DNA of 64,000 nt, from contig CAWHAZ010000001.1 in NCBI GenBank assembly GCA_963827475.1, positions 1-64,000 of the forward strand. Reading direction: 5' to 3'. The stretch comes from an uncultured Chloroflexia bacterium (GTDB taxonomy: Bacteria > Chloroflexota > Limnocylindria > QHBO01). The translations under genes and the position numbers were made by a program. Shown one piece after another: positions 63,361-64,000 of this stretch (the stretch's first letter is position 1; each line of letters starts with the position of its first letter). A model generated the notes under the pieces. That model made no database searches and was not told where the DNA came from. It worked only from the letters and a program-made list of their open reading frames with translations.

Positions 63361-63932
63361 CGATGGACTACCCGGCCCTGGTCACCGCCGTTCTGGAGGA
63401 AAACAGGCAGGTGCTCGAAGCTGTGAATCCACAGCAACTGGAGCGGTTCCTTGAAGAGATACTCCGGGCGAAGACGCTTCACCTCTATGGCATGGGACGC
63501 ATGCAGCTTTCGGTTCGAGCGTTCGCAATGCGCCTCAAGCATATGGGATTCGACACTTACGTCGTCTATGACACGACGAGCCCGCGAATTGGCGCCGGAG
63601 ACTTGCTCATCGGGCATTGTGCGGTGACCAATGTCGAGTTGAACGTCATCCGTCTAGCGAAGGCGGCCGGCGCCAGGGTCGCATTGTTGACCGCTCACCC
63701 GGAGAATGAGCACGGTCAACTCGCTGACCTCTGCCTAAGGGTGCCAGGTCAGATTTTCGGTGGCTCCGAGGAGGTGAAATCGATCCAGCCGATGGCTTCG
63801 TTGCTGGAACAAGCCCTCTTCCTGTTCACGGATATCGTCGCGATGCTGCTGATCGAGAGAAAAGGAGTATCGCTGCAGTCGATGCAGGAAAGTCATACCA
63901 ACCTGGAGGGCCTTCCCCAGTCGTTTGCCTGA
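63357..63932 (+). CDS. SIS-domain protein (6-phospho-3-hexuloisomerase-like)
   Basis: GMGR, AFAMRLKHMG, SIQPMASLLEQ, HTNLE. Confidence 0.88.
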   Translation: MTMDYPALVTAVLEENRQVLEAVNPQQLERFLEEILRAKTLHLYGMGRMQLSVRAFAMRLKHMGFDTYVVYDTTSPRIGAGDLLIGHCAVTNVELNVIRLAKAAGARVALLTAHPENEHGQLADLCLRVPGQIFGGSEEVKSIQPMASLLEQALFLFTDIVAMLLIERKGVSLQSMQESHTNLEGLPQSFA

Positions 63933-64000
63933 CCCCCCTGAAGGCAGATCGTAATGACATTAGCCGGTTCCGCTGATCATAAGAATCGGAGGCATCTCCA

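Overview
Very GC-rich bacterial chromosomal DNA. Gene content and style suggest a Chloroflexota, possibly Limnocylindria/Ellin6529-like, though this taxonomy is an inference. It looks like a single uncorrected long read or a low-coverage contig: about 20 otherwise intact genes carry 1-bp frameshifts, a poly-C tract destroys ltrA (~59690-59740), and at ~62060 the sequence jumps mid-gene into lower-GC DNA with different codon usage. Most genes are housekeeping or metabolic: proS, RhlE helicase, msrA, trxA, cyclophilin, korDABG-type oxidoreductase, adenosine deaminase, paa/Oah-like beta-oxidation enzymes, a polyamine ABC transporter, F420-type LLM enzymes, an ECF sigma/anti-sigma pair and a REC-TrxB/cNMP-kinase pair. 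I saw no tRNA, rRNA, CRISPR array or transposase. The most striking unannotated signal is at 15287-15497. Five DnaA-box-like 9-mers and a GATTGC-N3-GCAATC palindrome precede a -10 box and a ~105-nt three-way-junction RNA whose two loops both display GAGAUUGCAUCAA, convergent with a SRAP/AAA-kinase operon. Other highlights are a Trp T-box on a stand-alone trpB2, pervasive leaderless promoters, a structured RhlE leader and an unannotated Zn-finger microprotein.
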